30,500 nt of DNA, taken from positions 1 to 30,500 of the IMG/VR virus record IMGVR_UViG_3300017911_001598, one strand, 5' to 3'. Each line of letters begins with the position of its first letter. Position 1 is the first letter of the stretch. Source of the stretch: a virus (Duplodnaviria > Caudoviricetes). The position numbers were made by a program, and so were the translations under genes. The notes under the pieces were generated by a model. It was not told the origin of the DNA, searched no databases, and saw only the letters and a list, made by a program, of their open reading frames with translations. Below are positions 8,185-16,759 of the stretch, piece by piece.

Positions 8185-8745
8185 ATGAGTTCTCAGACAA
8201 ACGCAATGGACCAAAGCGAAATTCGACTCCTCGGACTAATCCTGATGCAGTCAGCGACCGTTGGCTTGGCTGTCGGTATTTTCGACGCCGAAATGTGGAT
8301 TGACTTGGAAACATCATCACTCAACGGCTTCACGTATGCCATGGGTGCATTCTTTGTGCAAGGCATCGCATACTACATCTTCAAAATGTTTTTCCAACAG
8401 GGCATGGATGAAAAAGCACGTAGTGCAACGATGGAACGAGAGCGACGTATGCGCTATCGTGGCATGGAAGAAACGTTTGAGCGACGACGCCAAGACATGG
8501 AGTTGCGTATGCAAGAAGCACAACTTGAGGCTGAACTGCGCTGGATGGAACAAAACCCCGGCAAGATGCCTCCGATGTATCAAGGTCAAGTCTTTGAAGA
8601 ATCAACAGCCGATTTCAATCCTGAACCTAAGCACGAAGCATCCGTTGACGAACCGCTGGGGCTTGGCGTAACCTTTGGCGATGAGAAGAAAGAAAAACCA
8701 AAGCGTGAGCGCAACCCTGACGGCACGTTCAAAAACAAAAAGTGA
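8185..8745 (+). CDS. Membrane protein (2 hydrophobic helices plus coiled coil)
   Basis: LLGLILMQSATVGLAVGIF and FTYAMGAFFVQGIAYYIF, followed by an E/R-rich helix. Confidence 0.85.
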   Translation: MSSQTNAMDQSEIRLLGLILMQSATVGLAVGIFDAEMWIDLETSSLNGFTYAMGAFFVQGIAYYIFKMFFQQGMDEKARSATMERERRMRYRGMEETFERRRQDMELRMQEAQLEAELRWMEQNPGKMPPMYQGQVFEESTADFNPEPKHEASVDEPLGLGVTFGDEKKEKPKRERNPDGTFKNKK

Positions 8746-8756
8746 GGTGACCCCTC

Positions 8757-9005
8757 ATGGGTCGAATTTTCAAGACGCCTACCGATGACAGTACTGAGGC
8801 TACGCTTCGTGCTATGCACATCGCCAACACCGTCGATACTGCATACGAACGAGCATGGGGTTGGGTCAAAGCAGTGATTTTTTCAATAGCCTCAGCACTA
8901 GCAGTGAGCGCAGTTGAATTTCACAGTGACTGGAGCCTTTGGGACTCGACTGCACAGTGGTTTGGCGAGAAGTTGTCAAACTGGCTTGGTGGTTGGTTCG
9001 ATTGA
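8757..9005 (+). CDS. Small membrane protein with a Trp-rich amphipathic C-terminus
   Basis: SD GAGGTGA; AVIFSIASALAVSAV; WSLW...WF...WLGGWFD. Confidence 0.85.
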   Translation: MGRIFKTPTDDSTEATLRAMHIANTVDTAYERAWGWVKAVIFSIASALAVSAVEFHSDWSLWDSTAQWFGEKLSNWLGGWFD

Positions 9006-9718
9006 GCGCAGCAGCCGGTTCAGCCATGGTCGGCGGATTGGTGTTCGCACGAGAGTTGTACCACTATTGGGTTCCTCGTCGTGTTGGTATTTACGGTCCA
9101 ACCATGGTCGGTAAGACAACACTCGATAAGTATCTGACCACGCCCGGTGAAATGGAAGACATACCTGTTGAAAACAGGACATCGCATACAAAAATACTCG
9201 GCAAGTATCTGTTACCTCGTGCTACACGCAAGCGAGTACGGTGGAAAGGTGAGCGACGTGTTGTCCATTCTTCGGACATGGGCGGAGAAGAACGCTACTG
9301 GAACCTTTGGGTTGACGATATGGTCAACCGCAATGTTGAATCTGTTGTTTTTATGTTTGACCACCGTGTACATTTGGGGGGCGAACCTGCGTTACAAGCA
9401 GTCGGAGGATTCAAATTTCTGTGCGATGCGCTGATTCATCGCCAATATCGTTACAGAAATTTACGTTCTCGCTTGCGTGGCAAAAAATACTGTCCCAAAA
9501 CCATTCTCCTTGTTGCAAACAAAGCCGACCAGTGGTGGGATGACCAAGCAAACGTGCTTTGGCAACAGCAACGATTGGGGGAGCACAAAATTTTTGACCC
9601 GTTCCGAGAAGACCTCGTGCGATTGCAAAAAGCAGGCATTCCCACTATGCGTTCGATGATGGCAACACGCATCGGTTGGAACGTCGAAAACACAATGATT
9701 GACTTACTTTCCTCATAG
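9002..9718 (+). CDS. Small P-loop GTPase, Arf/Ras-like superfamily
   Basis: G1 GPTMVGKTT, G3 DMGGEERYWNLW, VVFMFD strand, G4 ILLVANKAD; TTG start overlaps the upstream TGA. Confidence 0.88.
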   Translation: MSAAAGSAMVGGLVFARELYHYWVPRRVGIYGPTMVGKTTLDKYLTTPGEMEDIPVENRTSHTKILGKYLLPRATRKRVRWKGERRVVHSSDMGGEERYWNLWVDDMVNRNVESVVFMFDHRVHLGGEPALQAVGGFKFLCDALIHRQYRYRNLRSRLRGKKYCPKTILLVANKADQWWDDQANVLWQQQRLGEHKIFDPFREDLVRLQKAGIPTMRSMMATRIGWNVENTMIDLLSS

Positions 9719-9769
9719 GGAAGGCTTTTGAAATAGTATGCTAACAGGTTATCAGGGGGAGATGAGACA

Positions 9770-10741
9770 GTGTTTGATTTTAGCGGACGTTTTCGTGGCA
9801 CATCAACTAACGGCAATCTTCAAGCGATGAACCCCGCTGAAATGAAGGCACTCAGCCATCAAGGGAACCCTTCACATGAGCAGTTGATTGAGATGCAAAG
9901 TGCACAACAATCCATGCGTGCAGCAGGTGCACGCAACAACATCGAAGTTCCGAAGGTCAACTTTTACCCAAGTCGTCACCCTGACCCTCGCAAGGCACGT
10001 AAGAAGGACATCAAGCAGGCACGAGCATTGCTCAAGCCATCCAAGCGTTCAATTTTGAATCCGTTACGATGGGCAGGCTTCAAGTATCGATACAACAAAA
10101 GCGCAGGCGCTTGTGTTGTTGACGGATGCGATTGTCAAAAGTTGATTCAATATGATAATCTCTATGCGAAGATTACAGATGAAGGGACTGGTGAAAGCCT
10201 GTGGGACATGTACTGGCAAAATCCAGTTACAGGTGAGCCTACTGCGTTCATTGCGCGTGAAAACGTCACTGACGGGCGACTGATGCGAGGAACATACTGC
10301 CCTGAGCATCTACATCTGTATCATCTGTTGACAAAGTGGGAAGGCGAGAACGAAAAGGAACGACTCAAAACCAAAGGCGGTATGCGTGAAATGGTCAAAA
10401 AAGGCGTAAGTACTGTCGCAGTACCCATTTCAGTTCTAAAAAAGAAAGACAATACGCCTGAGTTCCTTATGAAGTATGAACCGTTCTTTGTTGAATTAGA
10501 AAAAGACTCCAAGCGACACGCAGGCATCAGCATCACGCACTACAAGAACCCAAACAACGGTATGAACGACATTACAGCCGTGTATTTTGACCTGCGATAC
10601 TTTCACGAAGAACTCAATATGATTCCAACGGACGTAGGGATTAGCGATGCAGTTGGCTCAATAGGTGTCGAGCAAGTCGAACGGCAACAGGTTCAAGAAC
10701 AGAACATACCTCAGCAACAATATACGCTTCCACAACAGTAG
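9770..10741 (+). CDS. Hypothetical protein with a putative zinc site
   Basis: 323 aa; CVVDGC...YCPEH; GGAGATGA before the GTG start. Confidence 0.85.
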   Translation: MFDFSGRFRGTSTNGNLQAMNPAEMKALSHQGNPSHEQLIEMQSAQQSMRAAGARNNIEVPKVNFYPSRHPDPRKARKKDIKQARALLKPSKRSILNPLRWAGFKYRYNKSAGACVVDGCDCQKLIQYDNLYAKITDEGTGESLWDMYWQNPVTGEPTAFIARENVTDGRLMRGTYCPEHLHLYHLLTKWEGENEKERLKTKGGMREMVKKGVSTVAVPISVLKKKDNTPEFLMKYEPFFVELEKDSKRHAGISITHYKNPNNGMNDITAVYFDLRYFHEELNMIPTDVGISDAVGSIGVEQVERQQVQEQNIPQQQYTLPQQ

Positions 10742-10749
10742 GTGAACAC

Positions 10750-11373
10750 ATGGGATTATTTGGAGGAGGAAACGACCAGCAAAACGGGGCACTCAACTTG
10801 GGCGCACCACAGCAAAATGGCTTTGCACAACAAAATGCATACCAACAACAAGGCGGTTGGGCCTCCAATCCAATTGCAGGGGGCTTCATGCAAGGTGCGG
10901 GTATCAACCCACAATACATGCAGCAGCCGATAGCACCGCCAAGTGAGGCTGAAATTCAGTTGGCTATGCTCAAAAGCCTGTCTCCAGTTGACCGATTCAT
11001 TGTCAGTCAAAAAATGCCAATGTTTGTACAGATGATGAATGACATTGTTACGTTTTCACTGCTTGAAATACTACGAAATGCATCGTTTACCCTCAACGAA
11101 GATGATGGTACGTTGAAGATGGACCCACAGTCCTTGCCGACAAACCTGCAAACGATGAGTGCTGAGAACATCACAAGTCAATTCAATGCTATGGTCGGCA
11201 AAAGTCAACAGGACATTGACAAAGCACAGATGGAGCAACAGCAAATACTTGCTGTTTCTCAACAATCAATGATGGGTGGTGCACTTGCTGCTGCCATGGC
11301 CGATGAAGGATTTATGCAAAAGGTCGGTGGAGGCATCGGCTCGTTCACTCGTAACATGATTGGAGGTCGATAA
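10750..11373 (+). CDS. Gln/Gly-rich hypothetical protein with a C-terminal amphipathic helix
   Basis: SD AGGTGA; MGLFGGG start; FMQKVGGGIGSFTRNMIGGR end. Confidence 0.85.
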   Translation: MGLFGGGNDQQNGALNLGAPQQNGFAQQNAYQQQGGWASNPIAGGFMQGAGINPQYMQQPIAPPSEAEIQLAMLKSLSPVDRFIVSQKMPMFVQMMNDIVTFSLLEILRNASFTLNEDDGTLKMDPQSLPTNLQTMSAENITSQFNAMVGKSQQDIDKAQMEQQQILAVSQQSMMGGALAAAMADEGFMQKVGGGIGSFTRNMIGGR

Positions 11374-11374
11374 A

Positions 11375-11626
11375 ATGGACAGAGGACAACGAATGCCCTT
11401 TTCGCAAGGGCTTGCATTGACAACGAGCGACATTTTTGCTCCAAAAAAGTCTGTTATTGTTGATATGGTCATGGTTCAGATACTGACCATCATCGTCACT
11501 GTCACATTGCTGCTCATTTTGAAGAACGATTCGCTTGGAAGCGACACAATTGCATGGCTCATGGGGTCGTTGATGACCGGAGTTCTTCTTGCAAGTGCTA
11601 TTTATTCCCGTATTTCTTCGGTATAA
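11375..11626 (+). CDS. Small 2-TM membrane protein
   Basis: GGAGG SD; MVMVQILTIIVTVTLLLIL and IAWLMGSLMTGVLLASAIY. Confidence 0.85.
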   Translation: MDRGQRMPFSQGLALTTSDIFAPKKSVIVDMVMVQILTIIVTVTLLLILKNDSLGSDTIAWLMGSLMTGVLLASAIYSRISSV

Positions 11627-11880
11627 CGTCCCCATTGCCCAATTGGGCATTCAGAAGAGGACAAACTTGCCTTAATTTTCATCTGACAACCGCATTTTTT
11701 GCACCTTGAACCTGTCCAATGAGGGCATTTTTGGCACATTTCAAGCCGTTTTTCCTTGATTTTAGGAGGTACATTTCGCCTCAAAACGACGTCCCGTGCT
11801 GCTTTTGCAAGTGATACAGCCGTGTCTTTGTTCATGGGTACACCCAAAACACGTACACCCGCTGGACGAATGCGACCCAT
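11602..11880 (-). CDS. Cys-rich small protein (DUF6171-like)
   Basis: RLEMCQKC...CKKCGCQMKIKA...CPIGQW; the only credible minus-strand gene; family name recalled, not searched. Confidence 0.85.
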   Translation of the reverse strand: MGRIRPAGVRVLGVPMNKDTAVSLAKAARDVVLRRNVPPKIKEKRLEMCQKCPHWTGSRCKKCGCQMKIKASLSSSECPIGQWGRYTEEIRE

Positions 11881-11903
11881 GTACTGTTTTTTGCACCCTC
11901 TTT

Positions 11904-11917
11904 GATAAAACCTTATC
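11904..11917. promoter_or_regulatory. Palindromic divergent promoter element
   Basis: GATAA-aacc-TTATC; each TTATC half starts 28-29 nt from an SD-less ATG (11880 on -, 11942 on +). Confidence 0.6.
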
Positions 11918-11941
11918 GTTGACGGTTGCTTGCCCTAACGC

Positions 11942-12643
11942 ATGGGGGGTCGTCAGACAAAACTGTCATGTGCTTTTTGCCAAGACGACAACCGTGACGA
12001 ACTTGAGGAACAGATAGCCTCAGGCATTGTCGACATGCGTGTATTGGACCGTGATAAGGGGTGGAGAACCAACACGGCTGAACGTCATATGCGTAACCAC
12101 GCAGGTGAGAATGTCACCGGTTCTAACTATCGATGTCCAATATGCACATCAGACAACCGTGGGTTGTACGAAGTTGCCTATTTCGACGAGGGTATGACCA
12201 CAGAAGAGATAGCAAATGAGGTTGATTGTTCAGAAGATGCAGTGTATCGGCACATGAAAGAGCACTTTCAGCCACTTGTACGTCGCTCCTCAACTGCTGT
12301 TGTATCAATCAAGGTAGGCGAAGAACTCGGAGTCATCCGAAACAATACAGAAAAGTTGAACGAAAAGTTGACTCGCTACATGGATGAGGTCAGTATTCAC
12401 GATGACAACGCTATTGGTGACATGGTACGCCTCAACAAAGAGATTCGTGAGTCCATCAAAGACCTCATGGCATTCCAATCACAATGGGCACAGCCTGAGG
12501 AAAAGACGGTTACCAATACCATTAACATACTGAAAGTTGAAATGGCGAAAGAGAGTCCCGAAACATGGATGCGAGTGCGTGAAGCCTTGCTTCGTGGTGA
12601 TTCTGACGTCCTTGATGTGATTGATGAAGGGGAGGTGGACTGA
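11942..12643 (+). CDS. Tandem Zn/HTH DNA-binding protein; candidate terminase small subunit
   Basis: Two CxxC...HxxxH units (CAFC/HMRNH, CPIC/HMKEH), HTH-like TTEEIANEVDCSEDAVYRH and a coiled coil; first gene of the operon leading to terminase large subunit. Confidence 0.6.
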   Translation: MGGRQTKLSCAFCQDDNRDELEEQIASGIVDMRVLDRDKGWRTNTAERHMRNHAGENVTGSNYRCPICTSDNRGLYEVAYFDEGMTTEEIANEVDCSEDAVYRHMKEHFQPLVRRSSTAVVSIKVGEELGVIRNNTEKLNEKLTRYMDEVSIHDDNAIGDMVRLNKEIRESIKDLMAFQSQWAQPEEKTVTNTINILKVEMAKESPETWMRVREALLRGDSDVLDVIDEGEVD

Positions 12644-13755
12644 TGCCAAGTGGATTCGGAGGAATGGGACGTGGTTCTGATACCCGTATGTACGCTCCTC
12701 GCTCAGAATCAAGTCGTATGTACGCATCCGATGACGAAGATTCGTACAGGCACGGCGCAGGTGATGCCGAAGAACAGGAGCGCCGACGTGACGAGAAGAT
12801 GCGCCGACGTGAAGAAACCAAAACAGTCGGCGATACACCGCATCTTCAAATTAGCATCGACAAACCTGATGAAGACCCGATGCTGGGTGGTATGGAAGAA
12901 CCACAACAAGAAGAAGACCCCAACATGTATAATCCTGAACAGGACGCTATGGCATCCGATATGTCGGCTATGGCAGGCGCACTCGGCACAGGCGGACCCG
13001 ATTTGTCTCAAGCACTCGGTGCACAGACAAACGGCGTCATGGGTGGCTACCGACCGCTAGTTGCTACAGGTGAGCCGATGGAGGCTGCTTGGTCGACGTT
13101 GATGAAAGCCGACGGCAAACCGTTTCAACAACCAAAATTTGAAGGTCCACCCGGTGGACGTAAGCCACACATCGCTACATCAATTCGCTCCAAGCGACAA
13201 TCTCGTACACTCAGCCCACGCACAGAACATGGTGGACTCACCGAAGCACCACTCGCTGTTGAGATGGGTCACTTAGGTCTTTCAACCAAACAGCCGTTGC
13301 GACTTTTCCCTGCAAAGTACCGACAACAACTCGGCCAGCGACATCAGCGTGCACTCATGGGCAACATCTCCATGCCTCATCAGCCTCACAACATCGAACA
13401 ACGTACACCCACAAAGCCCGGATTCTTAGGCTCAGGTAAAATCCCTCGACTTGCAGGCGAAACCAAGAAGGCTGAACTTCAAGAAATGAACATGCTGCTC
13501 AAGTCAGCAAAAGACTATCTTCACATCTCACAACTCCGACGAATGATTCGTGATTTGAAAAAAATCGTCGAACGACAAGACCGAATGAAGAAAGCACCTC
13601 TTTCTCGTGGTAGCAACAAGAACAAAGAAAGCAATCATCGAGGAGAAACAACCAACCCGCAGGGCGGTACCGATGACCCCAAATCTGACGAGATGTCGTC
13701 ATCAGGCTCACCCGGTCACGTCTTCGCAGCACGTGGTAGCGGGAGAGTGGCTTGA
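12643..13755 (+). CDS. Low-complexity hypothetical protein with an internal tag
   Basis: TGATG coupling, GGAGGTGG SD; TGEPMEAAWSTLMKAD at about 13066-13113. Confidence 0.85.
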   Translation: MPSGFGGMGRGSDTRMYAPRSESSRMYASDDEDSYRHGAGDAEEQERRRDEKMRRREETKTVGDTPHLQISIDKPDEDPMLGGMEEPQQEEDPNMYNPEQDAMASDMSAMAGALGTGGPDLSQALGAQTNGVMGGYRPLVATGEPMEAAWSTLMKADGKPFQQPKFEGPPGGRKPHIATSIRSKRQSRTLSPRTEHGGLTEAPLAVEMGHLGLSTKQPLRLFPAKYRQQLGQRHQRALMGNISMPHQPHNIEQRTPTKPGFLGSGKIPRLAGETKKAELQEMNMLLKSAKDYLHISQLRRMIRDLKKIVERQDRMKKAPLSRGSNKNKESNHRGETTNPQGGTDDPKSDEMSSSGSPGHVFAARGSGRVA

Positions 13756-15752
13756 TGTTCAAGTACACACCCCGACACATTCTTTTTCCTGAACCTGAAC
13801 CAACTGAGATTCTTAAAGCGTATCGACTCAAGCACGGTCCGAAAAGCGGTAGGGACGGCGATGCGTGGTCCGAGTGGTACCCCGAAGAGGCTATCCGTAC
13901 ACACGAATCAGACCATCCATGGTATCACCAGTTTGAAGGTGACGTCCCTGCACACCACCCGCCGTTTGGCTTTGACCACGACTCAAAGGAACTCTTGTGG
14001 CAAAACGACTACGACCCGAACAATCCACACAGGGATGGAAAACTCGCTGAGCGCCCACATACGTTTCACCCGATGGACTACATGATTTACGATTTAGCAA
14101 AGTATGCACGTAAGATTTTGGGATTTAGTCAAGGCAAGGCCGAAGAAATCGTCAAGCAGATGGTCATGACACCTGCTATCGACGCATTCAATGCGAAGCA
14201 CGCTAACGTCCATGGTGAAGATGCAACGCACCTTTTGCCCAGTGTCGACAGCGTCGATTGGCGTCGTAACACTGTTGGTACTTTTGACAAAGACAGCGGA
14301 GGTGCCATGCGAATGACAAGAGGTAGTGGGACATCGGATGACGGCGTTCAAAACCCACTCATCAACTATGCTCTCAACAAGGGTAACGTTTTGTCTGAGC
14401 ACTCCGACCAAGGTAATTTCATCGACTCAGGCGTCAATCACATGCATGAAGAAATGCAAGACCCTGTCAAGAATTATTTCAGACGTATCGTTGAAATGAT
14501 GCAAAACCCTGCTTTCAATGTCGACATCAACGACCCCGAAATTGCAAAAGCGTTTGACCAAATGATTCAGTTTTCTCAAGATTCTTTTGGAGGCGGCAAG
14601 GAAACGTATCTCAACAACCCAGTGATACATCTTGAACATTTGACGTTTCACAAAGTGGCTCATGACCGTGGGCGACACCGACGATTTGAGGCAGGTGCGG
14701 AACGGCCTATCACAGATTTCCATCCGTTACAGGGACTTGAGTTTGCTCCTCAAGCGCTTTTTGATACGGTTGGTACCAAGCAAGGTGGTATGACAGCGGA
14801 GTCGCTCAAAGCAAAACTTGCTGAACAGGGCGTTGATGTCACGGACGAAGAGGCTGAAAAATTGCATAGAATGCCAAAATCGCACCTTGTGTTTGGCGAG
14901 AATCGCAAGAACTCAATGCCAGCAAACATTCTCAATTCTATAGGACGAGACCTTGGCATCGACATGCAATCAAACGAATATCAAGACATTTTAGGGTCAA
15001 TCGGTGCACGAGGCGGTCACCGACATGCTCGACATCTCTTGGCTATACCGAGATATTTAGCGCAACAATTGGTGGCCGAAGGATACCCGCCCGAAGAAGT
15101 TGAAGAAATGATAAAGCAACGATTTGCATCTCATGATTATACTCACGCCAAGCATTCACGGGATGAAGGTAATCGTGAGTTAGGTCAACGCGTCTTTGGT
15201 CAACTCAAAGAAAATATGGGAATACCTGACTTGTCGGAAGGTCGATTGACGTTTGAACCGTTGGGTGAAGAACACAAGCGTCGTGGCTATACAACGGTCG
15301 TACCTGAGTATGCCGAGGCGCACATACATGACGATACAGCACATCCGAACATGACAGTTGCTCAGGCTCGTGCGGGGCGACAGGCTGAAATGCCTGTTCC
15401 AGCACCGCAACCTATGGTTGAGGCACCTCCGATGGATGAGTTGCCTCAAGGTCAAATGCGATTGACCGATTTTCAAAAGGCACAGGTGGCTGAAATCACA
15501 GAAGCCATGGAGCACATTCAACTGGAGGACGCTAAGCAAGATGCTACAATCCTCAAGATGCTTCCACACAATCCTATTCAACTCAATTCAATTCAGTCAG
15601 TCGGCTTATTCGCCAAAGACTTGGGCATAACATCGATGGACGTTCACGGCCTCCTACACTCACGTGGCGACTGGCATCGCATCGCTAAGGAATGGAACGT
15701 CAGTCCACAGGTCGTCAAGGTCGTCAAGGTCACGTTCAGCGGAGGGGTTTGA
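13752..15752 (+). CDS. Large hypothetical protein, His-rich, with a possible C-terminal HTH
   Basis: 666-aa ORF coupled to both neighbours; WHRIAKEWNVSPQVV at the C-terminus. Confidence 0.85.
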   Translation: MMFKYTPRHILFPEPEPTEILKAYRLKHGPKSGRDGDAWSEWYPEEAIRTHESDHPWYHQFEGDVPAHHPPFGFDHDSKELLWQNDYDPNNPHRDGKLAERPHTFHPMDYMIYDLAKYARKILGFSQGKAEEIVKQMVMTPAIDAFNAKHANVHGEDATHLLPSVDSVDWRRNTVGTFDKDSGGAMRMTRGSGTSDDGVQNPLINYALNKGNVLSEHSDQGNFIDSGVNHMHEEMQDPVKNYFRRIVEMMQNPAFNVDINDPEIAKAFDQMIQFSQDSFGGGKETYLNNPVIHLEHLTFHKVAHDRGRHRRFEAGAERPITDFHPLQGLEFAPQALFDTVGTKQGGMTAESLKAKLAEQGVDVTDEEAEKLHRMPKSHLVFGENRKNSMPANILNSIGRDLGIDMQSNEYQDILGSIGARGGHRHARHLLAIPRYLAQQLVAEGYPPEEVEEMIKQRFASHDYTHAKHSRDEGNRELGQRVFGQLKENMGIPDLSEGRLTFEPLGEEHKRRGYTTVVPEYAEAHIHDDTAHPNMTVAQARAGRQAEMPVPAPQPMVEAPPMDELPQGQMRLTDFQKAQVAEITEAMEHIQLEDAKQDATILKMLPHNPIQLNSIQSVGLFAKDLGITSMDVHGLLHSRGDWHRIAKEWNVSPQVVKVVKVTFSGGV

Positions 15753-16759
15753 TGAGTAAGATTCTCGTGAAGGCTTCGCCTCAAATTCAGATTGGCCCTG
15801 ACGGTAAGCCTCAGATGTACTACAATGTCGGCTTTAGTGGACGACGTGGGGGAGGCGATGGAGCACGCGGTCGTACAAAGCGAAGTCGTGTGCTTGGCGC
15901 AGGGGGTGCAGCGCTGGGTGCACTCGGAGGACTTGCAGGTGGGTCACGAAGTCTTGGTGGATTTTTATCAAATCTTCAAGTTGGTGCTATGCAAGGTGGC
16001 GCAGCCGGTCGAGGGCTTGCAAATTTAGCAACAACTCGTACACGACAAGCGCGTGCTGACATGAGAGAGCAGCGCCGTATCGACGATACAAAACAAAGGG
16101 CAGCCGAGTTGGAAGAACGACGAGCACAAGGTAAAGGGTTCAATGTACCTGTCCCAAGAAGAGATGATGATGGTAAATTGAGACTTCGTAATTTTGACTT
16201 AGCCCGACTTAATCCAATGGCGCGTGTCCGTGCACACAACTATGGTGTACAACAATCCGAACGACAAGCACTTGACCGTGCTAATTTTTCACAGCAAACT
16301 CAAATGGCCGCCAATGAACAACTTGGTCGGGAACTTGCACGTCAGGGTAAAGATGAGTACAAACAGCGAACAAAAGGTCGACAACGAGATGCAGAACCTG
16401 TTTTACAAGCAGTCGAAAACATAAACCAAGAGCGAATCCAACCGGCACTTGATTTGCTAACTGGTCTCGGTATACAGGCACCGCAGCAACAGCCACAGGC
16501 GCCTCAGCAAATTGCTCCGCTTTCTCAAGAAACACAAAATCAAATTACTCAAGGCGACACCCAGCCTCCAGTTGATGCACCTTTTGCTGACCACGATATG
16601 GACCAAAGCAGCGCAGGTCAAATCGGAGAAGGCGAAATGCCTGAAAGCGAAGGCGATGAACAGCAAGAGCAAAGGGTTCCGTCACGGTTACAACGTCGGT
16701 TTGAAACAGACGAAGAAGAACAGCGTGGGTTTGACACATTTATGGGAGGCGGACAATGA
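15752..16759 (+). CDS. Gly-zipper/coiled-coil protein; possible ejection or pilot protein
   Basis: Start ATG 15752 (TGATG, GGAGG SD), MSKILVKAS; GAGGAALGALGGLAGG; Gln-rich tail. Confidence 0.8.
   Translation: MSKILVKASPQIQIGPDGKPQMYYNVGFSGRRGGGDGARGRTKRSRVLGAGGAALGALGGLAGGSRSLGGFLSNLQVGAMQGGAAGRGLANLATTRTRQARADMREQRRIDDTKQRAAELEERRAQGKGFNVPVPRRDDDGKLRLRNFDLARLNPMARVRAHNYGVQQSERQALDRANFSQQTQMAANEQLGRELARQGKDEYKQRTKGRQRDAEPVLQAVENINQERIQPALDLLTGLGIQAPQQQPQAPQQIAPLSQETQNQITQGDTQPPVDAPFADHDMDQSSAGQIGEGEMPESEGDEQQEQRVPSRLQRRFETDEEEQRGFDTFMGGGQ

Noticed and set aside
8841-8873. AYERAWGWVKA as a 14th tag copy
   Set aside because: It lacks the Pro and precedes a TM helix where Trp/Lys are expected anyway, so it was not counted
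11375-11626. Definite holin call
   Set aside because: Size and two TM helices fit, but no family motif or adjacent lysin is recognisable
15709-15732. GGTCGTCAA tandem repeat
   Set aside because: It simply encodes VVKVVKV; too short to imply a function
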